Positions 52,688-64,000 of a stretch of DNA of 64,000 nt are shown here, piece by piece. Position 1 is the stretch's first letter; each line of letters opens with the position of its first letter. The notes under the pieces are model-generated. The model had not been told where the DNA came from. It saw nothing but the letters and a program-made list of their open reading frames with translations, and did not search any database. The position numbers and the translations under genes were made by a program. Source of the stretch: Marsupella aquatica (taxonomy: Eukaryota > Plantae > Marchantiophyta); assembly GCA_973895155.1 (NCBI GenBank), contig OZ316891.1:4198018-4262017 (forward strand), in the 5' to 3' direction.

Positions 52688-54321
52688 CTGATGCTAAGGA
52701 TGAGTACACGGACCCAGCCAGAATTCAAAATGTAATAAAAAATTATTCTCATTTCATTTCAATCCCAATCTACACCTATCAAGAAAATTCAAGGACAAAA
52801 GAGATAACAAGAGCAGTGCCATATTGTGCTTGTGCTCTGTGTATCCTCCATGGGCTGCTACTCATCCTTGAAAATGATTACTTGCTTGGATAGGTTGAAG
52901 ATTAAGAATCGGCTTCTCCTGAAGGTGCCTCCAAGGAAGCTACTAAGGTAGGGTCTGAATGAATGTTTTGTCCCCATGGAATTTTACGTCCACATATGAT
53001 TGGATCAAATCAGTTGTAATATGATTGTCATATTGTTCTACTTTTCTTTTGAAGTCCATAAGAAGACGAAGAAAGTCAGAGAAATATTGGGATTGGGAGC
53101 CGCTGACAAATGAGACAAAACACCTTTGGGTGAGTCAGCTTACTGTTCAAGATACCTGGTTTTACTAACCAGGTATCTGCAGGTTCAGCCATGCGTCTTC
53201 GTCTGGGGCTGCCCCACCCACTTCTTGCAGGTTTACCTCCTTCTTGCACTTGTGGGAAGCCTTGTGATGCCACAGGTGTCCATCTTCTTCGGTGCAGTTT
53301 GGGAGGTGAAACCATTATTGTTCACGACGCTGTGCGAGATGCGACTGCTCAGGTTCTCTCTGGCTCTTTGGTATGCGTGCGGCGGGAGGTGGTACTCGAG
53401 TTACCTGGTCCTCCATCACAGCGGTTACGGGTGGATCTTACCATGGTCCGTGAGGGTCAACGTACTTTGGCAGATGTTGTGGTGGCAAACCCATTGCGCC
53501 AAGACATCATTGGGACAGCGGCAACTACGGTAGGGGCAGCAGCGTCACGTGCGGCAACAACGAAGGAGGCCAAATATGCTGCACGAGCTTCATCCGACAA
53601 CTTCCTCCCCCTTGCTGTGGAGCTATTTGGGCGTCTTCATCCTCAGTTTGATGGGCTTCTTCGGCAAGCTGCCCGGGATGTTCATGGCCGAATGGGTCCC
53701 ACCGGACCCCCGCTTTCTATTTTGACCACGCACTTTCGCCAACGCATTTCAGTCACCTTACAGCGTGCTCAAGCTCGGGCCATCTATCGTCGATCTCTTA
53801 CAGTGGGTGCTAGTGTGCCTCCGCAGCGGCTAGCTCCCCTTGAGGATGTTCCAATCCCACTTGCCGATCTAGTTTTGACTCTTGATGTGGACCATTAGCT
53901 TTTTGCCACAATCGGTAGGAATGATGAGGACCTCGGTCCGCTTGGGTTAGTTTTAGTCTCTCTCTCTTTCTTGGTTTTTAGGGGTTCCCTATTGCTCATT
54001 TCTTACTTTTAGTTCCTCTTTCTTGGTGTTTAGTGGTTCCCTTTTGCTCACTTCTTTTTCGATTGGTTTTGTCCACTTGGGCCCTCTTTTGTTTGTTCAT
54101 TTGTACTCTGTTTGGTCCCTTTGTATATAAAAAGTGTGTATATTTCTCCTTTTACTAACTATACTGTTTGTTTGAGAATGTTTCATTCAGGCAGTAACCG
54201 AATATATTTGTTGACGTATTTTTAACAGTTCAGGTCAGAAAAGGATGTCACGAAGGCAGGACTCCAATTGGTTCTTCAAGAGTACATTTGGGGATTTCTT
54301 AGAAGCAATGGCTTATACTCC
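52688..54321 (+). pseudogene. Captured fragment of an organellar (HSP90C-type) HSP90 gene: four exons with introns
   Basis: ADAKDEYTDPARIQNVIKNYSHFISIPIYTYQENSRTKE | VED*ESASPEGASKEATK | ..EKYWDWEPLTNETKHLW | FRSEKDVTK./.SNWFFKSTFGDFLEAMAYT (54229-54321). Splice signals mostly retained; stop and frameshifts present. Confidence 0.88.
53186..54147 (+). mobile_element. CRE-like retrotransposon copy 2 (5'-truncated; knuckle + RLE + 3'UTR)
   Basis: Near-identical to 51021-51980; uninterrupted 235-aa ORF 53191-53898; flanked by 10-bp direct repeat ttttactaac (53160-53169, 54150-54159); no poly(A). Confidence 0.9.
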
Positions 54322-56221
54322 TAATATTTTTATATGCCCGGTATACTCAATATTGTTGTGGATTGACAGTGATATCTATATGAGTTGTAAATGGGGGCAT
54401 TTATAAAAATCGTTGGGGCCTGCCCAGCTTTTTGAACTTTCAAATATCAAATTCCTTCCCTACTGTGATCAGCTGGCAGGTGCTCAGTGCTCTCCATCAG
54501 CACATCTGTGGGTGGAACCAGTGACGGTTCTTATCAAGAGGAGGGCCAAAATAATTCTTCAAGCACGGGAAATGTTTGGAATAAGGCAAGGTCTAAGTCA
54601 TGTGCTATTTAAGTGATACTTAAGTGATATACCGGTGCTGTTTTGTCCTTCTTCACCATTTGTATCACTTGTACAAATTAAAATAAGTTCTATTTTCCTC
54701 TTAATACTTGTAGTTTTGATTCTCAAGTTGGCATGGCAAAGTTGGGATTAATTCTTGGAGAATTACAATAATTTGTCATGCAGGAGAAGAAATCTTTGAG
54801 AAGATAGTGCAACTGGTATGCTCCAATTGTTAAATTAAGCTCATTATGTTCCTCTGCCCAAGTGAATAATGTTTCCAACAGAGCCTTTGCCTGGTTAATT
54901 CTCATTTTGTTTAATCAATTGAAGCCAGACTTCCTAACAATCATTTCACATAATACAGATTGATGTAGATGATGTCTCACAACTCCCGTGTGTGATTACA
55001 GCACTACCATTACATCAATTTTACATGCATCATGTCTTGCTATGATCAATTTCAGGTGAGCTGTGAAATCACTCCTAGAGCACATTTGACAAACTTCAAG
55101 GAGCAGAAGCTAGTTTGAGGCAAAAATAGGATTACTTAGATGGTCAGGATTTCCCTCATACTCTATTGACAGTGTGACCTGAAATGTAAAGTTATATGAG
55201 ATAATCAAAACATTTGGATTCTTTCAATATGAGACCTAAGAGCTATCATTTTGTTATTGAGTTCTTTTTATTATGAATGTCATCTGAATGATGATTGTGT
55301 GAATTTCACTTCTTCTGTTATTGTTAGTGTTCCAGTCATTGTGATGTAAACGGGGATGTGAAGTGCTTGCATTTTTAATATCATTATTGACACGTTGTAG
55401 ATTTCACTTTGAATACATTGAATGTGTACAATGTCTCTTTATGAAGTAACCCTAAAACTTGAAATAGCTCCAATGACATCTGAAATGACATTACCTAATG
55501 ACAGTTCATATGACAATCCTAATTGACATAGCATATGATGTCTTGAAATGACACCCTATGTGACACCCTTTATGACACCCCATATGACTGTCAACATGAC
55601 TCCATAAATGACTACATGTGTCACACCATGTGCCACAACAGTATTGGTTTAATATTATGTCATTTACGACATGTCTTAAATGACTTATAATGATGACATT
55701 ATGTAAGCTCACATATTTGCCACGTGTTGTAGTATCATTCATTCAGATGTGTGTCATTTGGAATGTCATTAAAGACATGAATAAATGACTGACGGCCGTT
55801 CATTCAGTCATTTTGGACACCATGTCATTTCAGAAATTGTGTGTCATTTAGGACAACCATAAATGACTGATGAGAATTTTAGTCATTTGTCTTAATTGAC
55901 TGTCCTAAAAGACGAGGCAGGTACGACAGAAAAACTCTAGTCATAAAATGGTATAAATGACTTCTTTGCCAGTCCTCATTACAGCCCTTAAAGACACTAT
56001 TTTCCACTAATGATCCACAACACAAGCTCTCCATATCTCAACTAGTTCTGTAACAATGAGCCTAAGTTCCCACTCTCCAAACAAACACCGCTTGGGTATA
56101 CAATGTGCACAACATGACTAACCTAACCAAGTCTGCGACTAAGGTTAGCCTTAACTACGGTATGGTTGTTATTCTAGACCTAAAAGTAAATCCTAACACA
56201 ATGTTTGCAAGCAAAAATGAA

Positions 56222-57856
56222 TCTAATAGTACAAATGGAAATGGGAAGGGCCCCTAGCAGTGCATGAGGATCAAGGAGATCTCCCTTTACAATGTACCAT
56301 TATAATCCGAATCCCGTCCATTTACAAAATAAAAAAGTGAGATTCGATCTTCACTGTTCATCCAAACATAAATTTTTCCACACCATCAAATCTATCCGTA
56401 CACCCCTTCTAAAAGTAGATTCCTGCCCAAGCTGCCCTTTAATTAACCTTAGTTCTAATTCTAATATTTTTTGAAACAATTTTGAATATAAATAAAATAT
56501 ATAGAATTTTTTTCTTTCTCTAAAAACTAAAAACTAAAAAAAAACACATGTTTTCCTATCACTCAATTATGCTTGGACTCTATGATGCATGCGGTGGCCG
56601 TTATCTTGCGCCTCGGACAATTTCTATGCGCACCGCACGAGTTAAATAACATGACCACAACTATTGTATGGTGGGGATCATACATAACATGTCTCAACAA
56701 CTATATCACAAAGTTTATTATTTTTTGCCTCGCCTTGGCATCTTTTCTCACCTGTTCTAATCTTTACATATAGATCTTTACTCAACATTTTTTCTTTGCC
56801 TTGACATCTATTTCTCATTTCACCGGCTTTTTCCCACGTTGTCACCTTTACTTCACCATGACATTTTTTCTTCCTTCAAGATCTTTTTCTCATCTTGACA
56901 TCATTCTTGTTCTCACCTTGAACCAGGTCTTTTCTGACCTCAAGATCTTTTATCATCTTGACATATTTTCCTCACCTCAAGAACTTTTCTCACCTCAAAA
57001 TATATCTTGTCTATTTCTCATTTTGCCATCATTTTTTCACCTTGCTATCTTTATCTCACAATGACTTCTTTCCCTCACCCTCAACATTTTTTCTCTCAAC
57101 ATCTTTTCCTCATTTTGACATGTTTTTCTCACCTTGCCATCTTTTCTATCCTTGACATATTTTTCTCACCTCGGCATCTTACCTCAACATCTTTTTCTCA
57201 CCATACCATCTTTTGTGCAACTTTTGTATTAACGACATCTTGGGGCACCATGACGTTTCTTTTCAACATCTTGGGTGCCAAGACTTATTTTTTCTTAACA
57301 ATATCTTGGCGGACACAATATCTTTTTTTCTTAATGAGACCTTGTGCGACACAACATCTTTTTTCTTCACAATGTACATCTTGGGCGCCATAAACCTTTT
57401 TCCTTATTAACAACATCTTGGGCGACATGACATCTTTTTTCTCTAAGGACATCTTGGGTGCCACAACATCTCTTTTTCTTAACAACATCTTAGGCAACAC
57501 AAAGTCTTTTTTCTTAAGTACATCTTGGGTGCCACAACATCTTTTTTTCCTAACAAAATCTTAGGCAACATGATATCTTTTTCCTTAACGACATTTTGAG
57601 TTTTCTTCATGACATCTTGGGAGACAAGACATTTTTTTCTTAACGATTGTATCTTGGGCAACACCACATCTTTTTTCTTATACGGTATCTTGGGAAACAC
57701 GACATCGTTTTACTTAACGACATCTTGGGGGACGCAACATCTTTTTTCTTAACAACATCTTGGGCGACACGACATCTTTTCCTTAACGACATCTTGGGCA
57801 ACACAACATTTTTTTCTTTACTAAATCTTTTGTGCAACGCACAGGTATTGAGCTAG
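56222..57856 (+). mobile_element. Non-autonomous Helitron-like element with internal tandem arrays
   Basis: 3' hairpin tgtgc-aac-gcaca (57831-57843), then CTAG|T at 57853-57857. Candidate 5' end A|TCTAATAG at 56222 (uncertain). Segments shared with 19480-19560 and 21090-21280. Confidence 0.65.
56730..57815. repeat. Pyrimidine-rich tandem arrays (~20-bp tttctcaccttgacat-like units, then ~36-40-bp aacgacatcttgggcgacacaacatcttttttctt-like units)
   Basis: Repeated units seen directly; overlapping ORFs are repetitive artefacts. Confidence 0.9.
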
Positions 57857-58342
57857 TGTATTGAGCTAGTGTACTATAATTCCGAGTATAAAGCCTTGAA
57901 CATGTTTTTGAGCACAACAACCATTTACATTGCTGTAAATGTTCCAACACATGATGTACTGTTACATGAGAAAGTTTGATCTTTTCAATTAGCACAAAAA
58001 CAATTAATATATTATTAATCACCTAGAACCCATGTTTCACTTTTGTGAAGTATGCCCACTTTGGGCACGAGGTACAACTTAGAGGTACAACTTAGCTCAA
58101 GCTAGACTAAGTGAAACCGGTTTGATCTGAATGGTAGGAGACCGTTTGAAGGTAGTCTTTCAATTGAGACAGCAAAAGATGCTACCTAAGTACCCTAGAG
58201 GTTATACACAGTCCATCCAAGCTTGGGCAGTACATCCTTGCTTCAGAAGCAACCCACCAACTGTCCATCTGGGCTTTATTTCCAGGGCACCCACTTCCTT
58301 GCCCTCCATTCAATAATTAACAGGGTATCATTTTTGGTCAAA

Positions 58343-58373
58343 TGAGGTGAGGTGAGGTGAGGTGAGGTGAGGT
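58343..58373. repeat. (TGAGG)n microsatellite
   Basis: About 6 units upstream of the ABCG gene. Confidence 0.9.
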
Positions 58374-59330
58374 GGTGGAGCAAACTTTGGTCGATAATTG
58401 AGGATCGATCGATCGACATTGATTGATTGGATGGATGGAGGTTAAAGGGGACTAAAACCTGGGCATGAAACAGGCAGATTTATTTATCCCCTAACTTCAA
58501 TACAGTGCATGAGGCAGGCTGAGCAATAAGTCAGTGGCCGAAGCCGTTCAGGTAATCGATTCAATTAGTGATCTAGAGAATGACGACGATGATTAGAGAA
58601 TGAGACGACAATAAAAAATCAAACCTGTTAGAAGGATTGGAACCGAACTCGGCCGGTGGGGATTTGGTGTACCGGCCGATCGCATCAAGGTTTCTCGATC
58701 ATGAGGATGCATCGAGATAACAGAAAACGCGGCTGCTCATGTAGCTCATCTGCATTGTCTTGTCGGAGTGAATCCCGAAGAAGTCAAATGAATTGGATCC
58801 TCTCAATTGTGTGATCCCTGATCAGATTCATCTCGTAGATTCACCGGTAGATTTGTAACACAACTTGATTGATCCGTGACATCTTTTACCAGCACATCCT
58901 CAAAAGCCTTCTGTCCAATCCATTCGAGCTCGTGTTGTTCAGAAGTGTTGTGATGGATCGAGACAATATCTGTCTCAAGGTTAATGCTTATCTGTAGTCA
59001 GTGCAGTCAGAGGAATAGTTCTAGACTTACTAGGTGGGAACGGACGTTCACGAGCTCTACGGAATTAATTTGGTTGCCAATGTCTTTTATGCCCATACAA
59101 GAGATATGTGGGAGTTGGAATAGACTAACAGTGACCTATTATCAGCATCAAACTATGGCCAAGAAGCATCATACCCTAAGCCCACAATTCTAAAATGAGC
59201 TGATCTAGTAGCTCGAGAGAAGTTGAAAGACGCAAGTCGAAAGACGACTGCATGTTCTGGCGCAAAAGGTGAAGTTCAGCAATTTCATAAGTGCAGGTCA
59301 ATAGATCTTTTGTCGACCAAATTTCTCGAG

Positions 59331-62300
59331 ATGAGTGAGGCAGAAAGCATTGATCTAGAGCCAGAAGAAGACCCAGGCGTGGAGGAAGGCAAGTGGAAGA
59401 GCACGAGCTCTGGTCATAGCAGTACCAGCAGCTCACCAGATCCGGCGGAAGTCGTCGAGGTGCCAGCAGGGTCACCTTTGCATCGGTGGGTCGATACCGA
59501 ACTGCTCTCCTTCTTGCACAGAACTATCATTGCTTCGAGGTCGGCATCAGATGACGAGGATTCGGAGGATGAAGCGTCCGGCCGGTATTCCCAAACGATG
59601 CAGGCAGCGGAATCTGTCGTGGATGTCATGCTCCCAGGGGAAGAGTCTCACGTGATCGAAGGAGCCTTGCGGACCTACGACCTCTCAACTCAGAATCTCT
59701 CCTACAAGGTACATTAATACGGAGCATCCTTTGTTTACCAGATCGATCGTCCACTGTATTCGGTTTTACTATGGATGGTCTAGTGTTCGACACTTTCAAT
59801 ATGTTCCAGTTCATGGACGAGTCAAAATCATCTCCAAATAGGTTATGGATGACCTGTTAATTGATACGTTCAAGTCCATGGACGACACAAAATCACATCC
59901 TCGTAGCCAGAAGATCAATTAGAATTTTTCGCTGATAAGTTGGGTTTGCATGATTTCCGTAAGTCTGTATGGAATTACAGACTCTTAATTTGTATGACCT
60001 TAATATTTGTAAGAACTGAGATGCACGATGCTTGGAGTAACTCGAGTAATGGCGGCACTCACTCAAAGCACTTGAAACAATATATCTAGCTCCAATTTTT
60101 CGAAGGAAAATCAGGATTTTATAGACCACTGGCGACTACGAGTACAATAATGATTTGTCAGGAAGTCATGAAGTCTCATGTTGAGCAAACGCCGAGTCTA
60201 ATTAAACTTCACATGAACTGAAAAGCAAATTAACCTTTAATTGATTCTTGGAGCCAAGCCATACTTCCATAGATTACATGGCTTTGCCTCATAATATAAG
60301 CTTGTCAAGATTCATGAGTTCGTTCTTAATGAACGAAGCTGGCTTCGATGTACCTTTCTTAGATTGATGTCCGGCAAAGAGGAAAGGTCGTCGGACACAA
60401 GGTGTTGCTGAACAACATCACCGCTGAAGCTCGCCACGGAGAGGTCACGGCGATAATGGGGCCGTCCGGAGCCTCGAAGACCACCTACCTGGATGCACTT
60501 GCCGGGCGCATCAGCCGAAAGAGCCTGACAGGTTCCGTGTCTGTAAATGGACTGCCCATGGCGGATGAGTTCAAGCGCCTCTCGGGATACGTGATGCAAG
60601 ACGACGTCCATTTCCCTTTCCTGACGGCTCGAGAAACCCTTATGTACAGCGCCCGCCTCAGGATACCGAGCAGCGTCCCCATAGACGAGAAGAAGCGGAG
60701 GGTCGAGGCCATCATCGAGATGCTGGGCTTGACGATATGTGCCGACACACAGATCGGGAACGAAGAGGTACAGTAGTACCACCTATTTCACAGGTTCATA
60801 AGGTCCAAGGCGGATCATGTCCAACGGAGGTCCATAGTACTTCAAAGTAGATTAAGGTTCCAGCATACATTTTGACCTTATAGATCAACTCACAGGACCA
60901 CTTGGGACAACAGAAGGCACATCAGGAGGGAACTTATCAATTGATGAGAAACCCATCAAACAAAACAAGAGAGAAGAAATATATGTTCCGAAGAACGTTT
61001 CCAGAAAGGGATTCAAGGGGAAAAGCACTGAAAGCTAGAAGTTTAAGTAATATGATTCGTATCCTCCTGGCTGGATGATGACTGGTGACCCAGAAATGAA
61101 ATCAAGGATTGTATATTGACCCGAGGGAGCTCCATAATTGCAATTAATAGAAAGTCTACTTATGGATGTAATCTATAATTTGGCAGATTGGTGGAGTGTC
61201 AGGTGGAGAAAGGCGTCGGATATCGATAGCATTGGACATCATCCATGACCCTATGGTGCTGTTTCTGGACGAACCTACCTCTGGGCTTGACAGCACATCA
61301 GCCCTGCAAGTGATGCAGTGCTTACAGAAGCTGGCCAAAGAAAGGAGCAGAACGATCATTCTCTCTATTCATCAGCCCAGCTATCGAATCTTGGAGACCA
61401 TAGACAACACACTTGTGCTGGCCAAAGGCAATGTGATCTACCAGGGGCACCACACCGATATGATCAGCTTCTTCTCCAGCCTGGGCTTTGTAAAACCCGC
61501 GCACGTAAGTCGGCTCTAAAGGGACTCGGAAGAACAACTAGTAGAGCTGAAGTGATTTAGTTTGGATGCAGTTTCCATGAATTGTAAGAGCCCCAGCTTG
61601 ATTGCGACGTGATCTAATTTTCAAATTGTGATCATTCAGATGAACGTAATGGAGTACCTGATGGACAAAATTGAGGAAAGCAACGATGACTTGGAGAAAC
61701 TCAAACCGAAACAGCCAGTCACTCGTGCTATGCCGTCTCAAGCGAAGGTGACAGGCTATAAAAGACATATATCCATAACCAATGATAATTAATTTCAGGG
61801 TTGATCGATCACCGTACGTTTATTCAAGCAGAGAAGGGACTATGGACACGAAGTCGGACAGATTAGCTTCCTTAAAAAGCTAGCTAGGCTAGCTCGTGCG
61901 GGATGTAAATCTTCGACTCCCTCATGAGTCTTCATGCCTTGGCAATAACTTCAATGATTGTGACTGTTTTCAATCTTGTTTGAATGTTTGAACAGAGACT
62001 CGGGCAGTCTCGACAACTCTCCTCGTACGATTACAAAGCGGCTGCCATGGACGAAACTCCGGCAACCGAGCCAGAGATCATGCCCGCAGACGAGCCTGGT
62101 CCACAACATCTTGGGCTAGCTCACCAAGCAGTGAAATTCGTTAATTCCTGGTGGCACGAAACATGGGTGCTCTCCAGCCGCAATTTTTATAATTTCATCC
62201 GAACTAAAACAGTCTTTGTGTCACGTATCGCCATCGTTGTAAGTTATCTAACTCAAGCTAATCAATACAAACAGGCTACAAGTATATATATATACATATA

Positions 62301-64000
62301 TATATTCCTTCTTGAGCATCCAGAGCTGATAAGTGATCCAGATTATTTGCACCTCTCCAGCGTATTCGGTGAATTGGCACAATAGATTAATGGATTTCAT
62401 TTCAAAGCTAAATAACGTTTGAACCTTTTTCAAATCTAGATCATAAAACACATACACTAAAAATTCCTAAGAAGTTAGTTGCAGTTTAATTTGTGACTAA
62501 GACGACTGCTGTTCTTCATCTCGATCGACATGATATCATTGATAAATATCCATGAATTACATATGTCTCAAGGTGTTGCCAACCCTTGGAGTAAATTTAG
62601 TCTCAATATATCAATGAACTTTAGAACCTCTAGCTATAATTATGCAATTAAGTCTCATTGTGTTCTTAGTGGCTTGCTGATGTGTCGATTCCGATGCCAA
62701 TCCGGAGCAGCTGATAACGAGTCTGATCTTGGCGACGCTCTTCTTCAACACGCACAAAAACGAGAAAGGGCTCCGACAGCGCCAAGTCTTCTTTGCCTTC
62801 ACGATAGCCATCTTAGTCTTCACATCCACGGAAGCCATGCCTGTGTTCCTCATGGAGAGGCGGATCTTCATCAGAGAGACATCTCGGGGAGCGTACCGGG
62901 CGTCGTCCTACGTGCTCTCCTACTCCATCATCGTCCTGCCGTTCATGCTCGTGCTGGCCGTGCTGTGCACCGTGAGCTCGTATTTCGCCGTGGGTCTGGT
63001 GGTAAAGGCGGAGGCCATTTTCTTCTTCGCGCTCGTCATCTTTCTGGTTCTGACCATCGGCAATGCATTCGTCGCATTCCTCAGTGGCTTGGTTCCCAAC
63101 TTCATCACGGGCCTCATCATCTTTGGAGCGACTTCGGCTTACCAATTCCTCTTTAGCGGATTCTTCATTCGCAGGTACCCGGCTTCTGTTTCAATGTCAA
63201 AGAATTAATTGAAGGGTCCAAAATCAAAGTTAGTCCGGTCCTTCATTCTTCAACGTCGCTTGATGAGTGTTCACTGCATGAGTTTTCCTGTGAAGATCCC
63301 TAATTAACAGCTGTTATCTTAAGCATGACTTTGAAACATAAATGCCCCGTCAAAGACAAGTTTGATTTAATTTCCATCCATCAAGCAATTATTTTCAATG
63401 TCCTACCAATTTCAATGGATTCTACGCAATTGAGGACCAGGCTTGCTATGCAGAGTTTGCGAGGGCTGTTCTTAGGGACAACGAGCAATCCATATCGATC
63501 AGCCAGTTTCTAGTCTCCTTTTGTGTGGCGTTTGTGTCATTAAAATGTTGCTGTATCCTTGCTTGCCTGTCTCCATCGTCTTCAAGACCAATTTTGAAAG
63601 GAAATGATCTTCAATAAGCCCTTTTTCTGGGAATTGCCTAGTTCAGAGTACGTGGTTGGTGTTACCCAATACTGATGCCCTCAGCACATAACAATTTGCC
63701 GTGATCTGGGAAATTTCTCTGGAGTACCTAGTCTGCTGTTTCAAAGTGTCATATCCAGGTTTCAAATCCAAACTAAATTCGAAAGCATCTGAGAACCGAT
63801 ACAGTTTCCTGGCGTGACTGAATTGATGGCCCTGAATGGAATAAGTACAAGTTCAAACACAGCTCAGCTGTGGGCAATTCCTTGCCATGTTGTTTTGCAG
63901 GCATGACATCCCCAAGTATTGGCTGTGGCTGCACTACGGCTCCTTCTTTAAATATTCATACGAAGCTCTGTTTGTGAACGAGCTCAGGAATATCCCAGGA
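59331..64000 (+). CDS. ABC transporter G family half-transporter (NBD-TMD), 3' end beyond the window
   Basis: Exons ~59331-59708, 60363-60767, 61187-61504, 61640-61747, 61996-62238, 62711-63174, 63901->. Walker A GPSGASKTT, YVMQDD, signature VSGGERRR, Walker B LFLDEPTSGLDS, H-loop SIHQP; TMD ERRIFIRETSRGAYRASSY, FSGFFI, IPKYWLWLHY. Confidence 0.93.

Larger units (their letters stand above)
41366..56012. mobile_element. Non-autonomous CACTA (EnSpm) element, 14.6 kb, carrying host gene fragments (Pack-CACTA-like)
   Basis: Left TIR CACTAGCAGAAAATGGGGCC; right end reverse-complements to CATTAGTGGAAAATAGTGTC (21/30 identical). 3-bp TSD ATC at 41363-41365 and 56013-56015. Dense aatgac/gtcatt subterminal repeats at 41390-41780 and 55470-55980. 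No transposase recognised. Confidence 0.85.
41195..56198. mobile_element. Solo LTR (~354 bp) split into 41195-41365 and 56016-56198 by the CACTA insertion
   Basis: Starts TGTTGAG, ends CCTAACA; perfect 5-bp TSD CAATG at 41190-41194 and 56199-56203; internal motif shared with the 21779 solo LTR. Confidence 0.8.

Noticed and set aside
54723-54940. Minus-strand peptide AKALLETLFTWAEEHNELNLTIG as a plant mobile domain fragment
   Set aside because: Resemblance too short and weak to support without an HMM search.
56801-57856. Several 60-130-aa ORFs
   Set aside because: Translations of tandem repeats with no protein-like signal.
59331-64000. Assignment of the ABCG as the symbiosis transporter STR/STR2
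   Set aside because: Shared motifs are generic to plant half-size ABCGs; phylogeny is required.

Overview
Eukaryotic, intron-rich land-plant DNA (a non-seed plant such as a bryophyte is plausible, but this is inference). No rRNA, tRNA or CRISPR seen. The left half (1-34 kb) is gene-dense: an M14 Zn-carboxypeptidase (-), a RAB5IF/OPTI-family membrane protein (-), a dead PIF/Harbinger transposase, an alpha/beta hydrolase (+), an intronless F-box/WD40 gene (+) and UFL1 (-). An ABCG half-transporter (+) starts at 59.3 kb and runs off the window. The 34-58 kb interval is a TE nest that target-site duplications largely resolve. A solo LTR (TSD CAATG) is split by a 14.6-kb non-autonomous CACTA element (TSD ATC). 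The CACTA carries host gene fragments, all on the + strand: an AP2/ERF domain, four intron-separated organellar HSP90 exons and a possible WD40 exon. It also contains two copies of a CRE-like RT+RLE non-LTR retrotransposon; one is interrupted by a 665-bp TIR element (8-bp TSD), the other sits in a captured HSP90 intron with a snap-back junction. A Helitron-like element follows. Exon coordinates were read by eye and may be off by a few bases; family assignments come from recalled motifs, not database searches.
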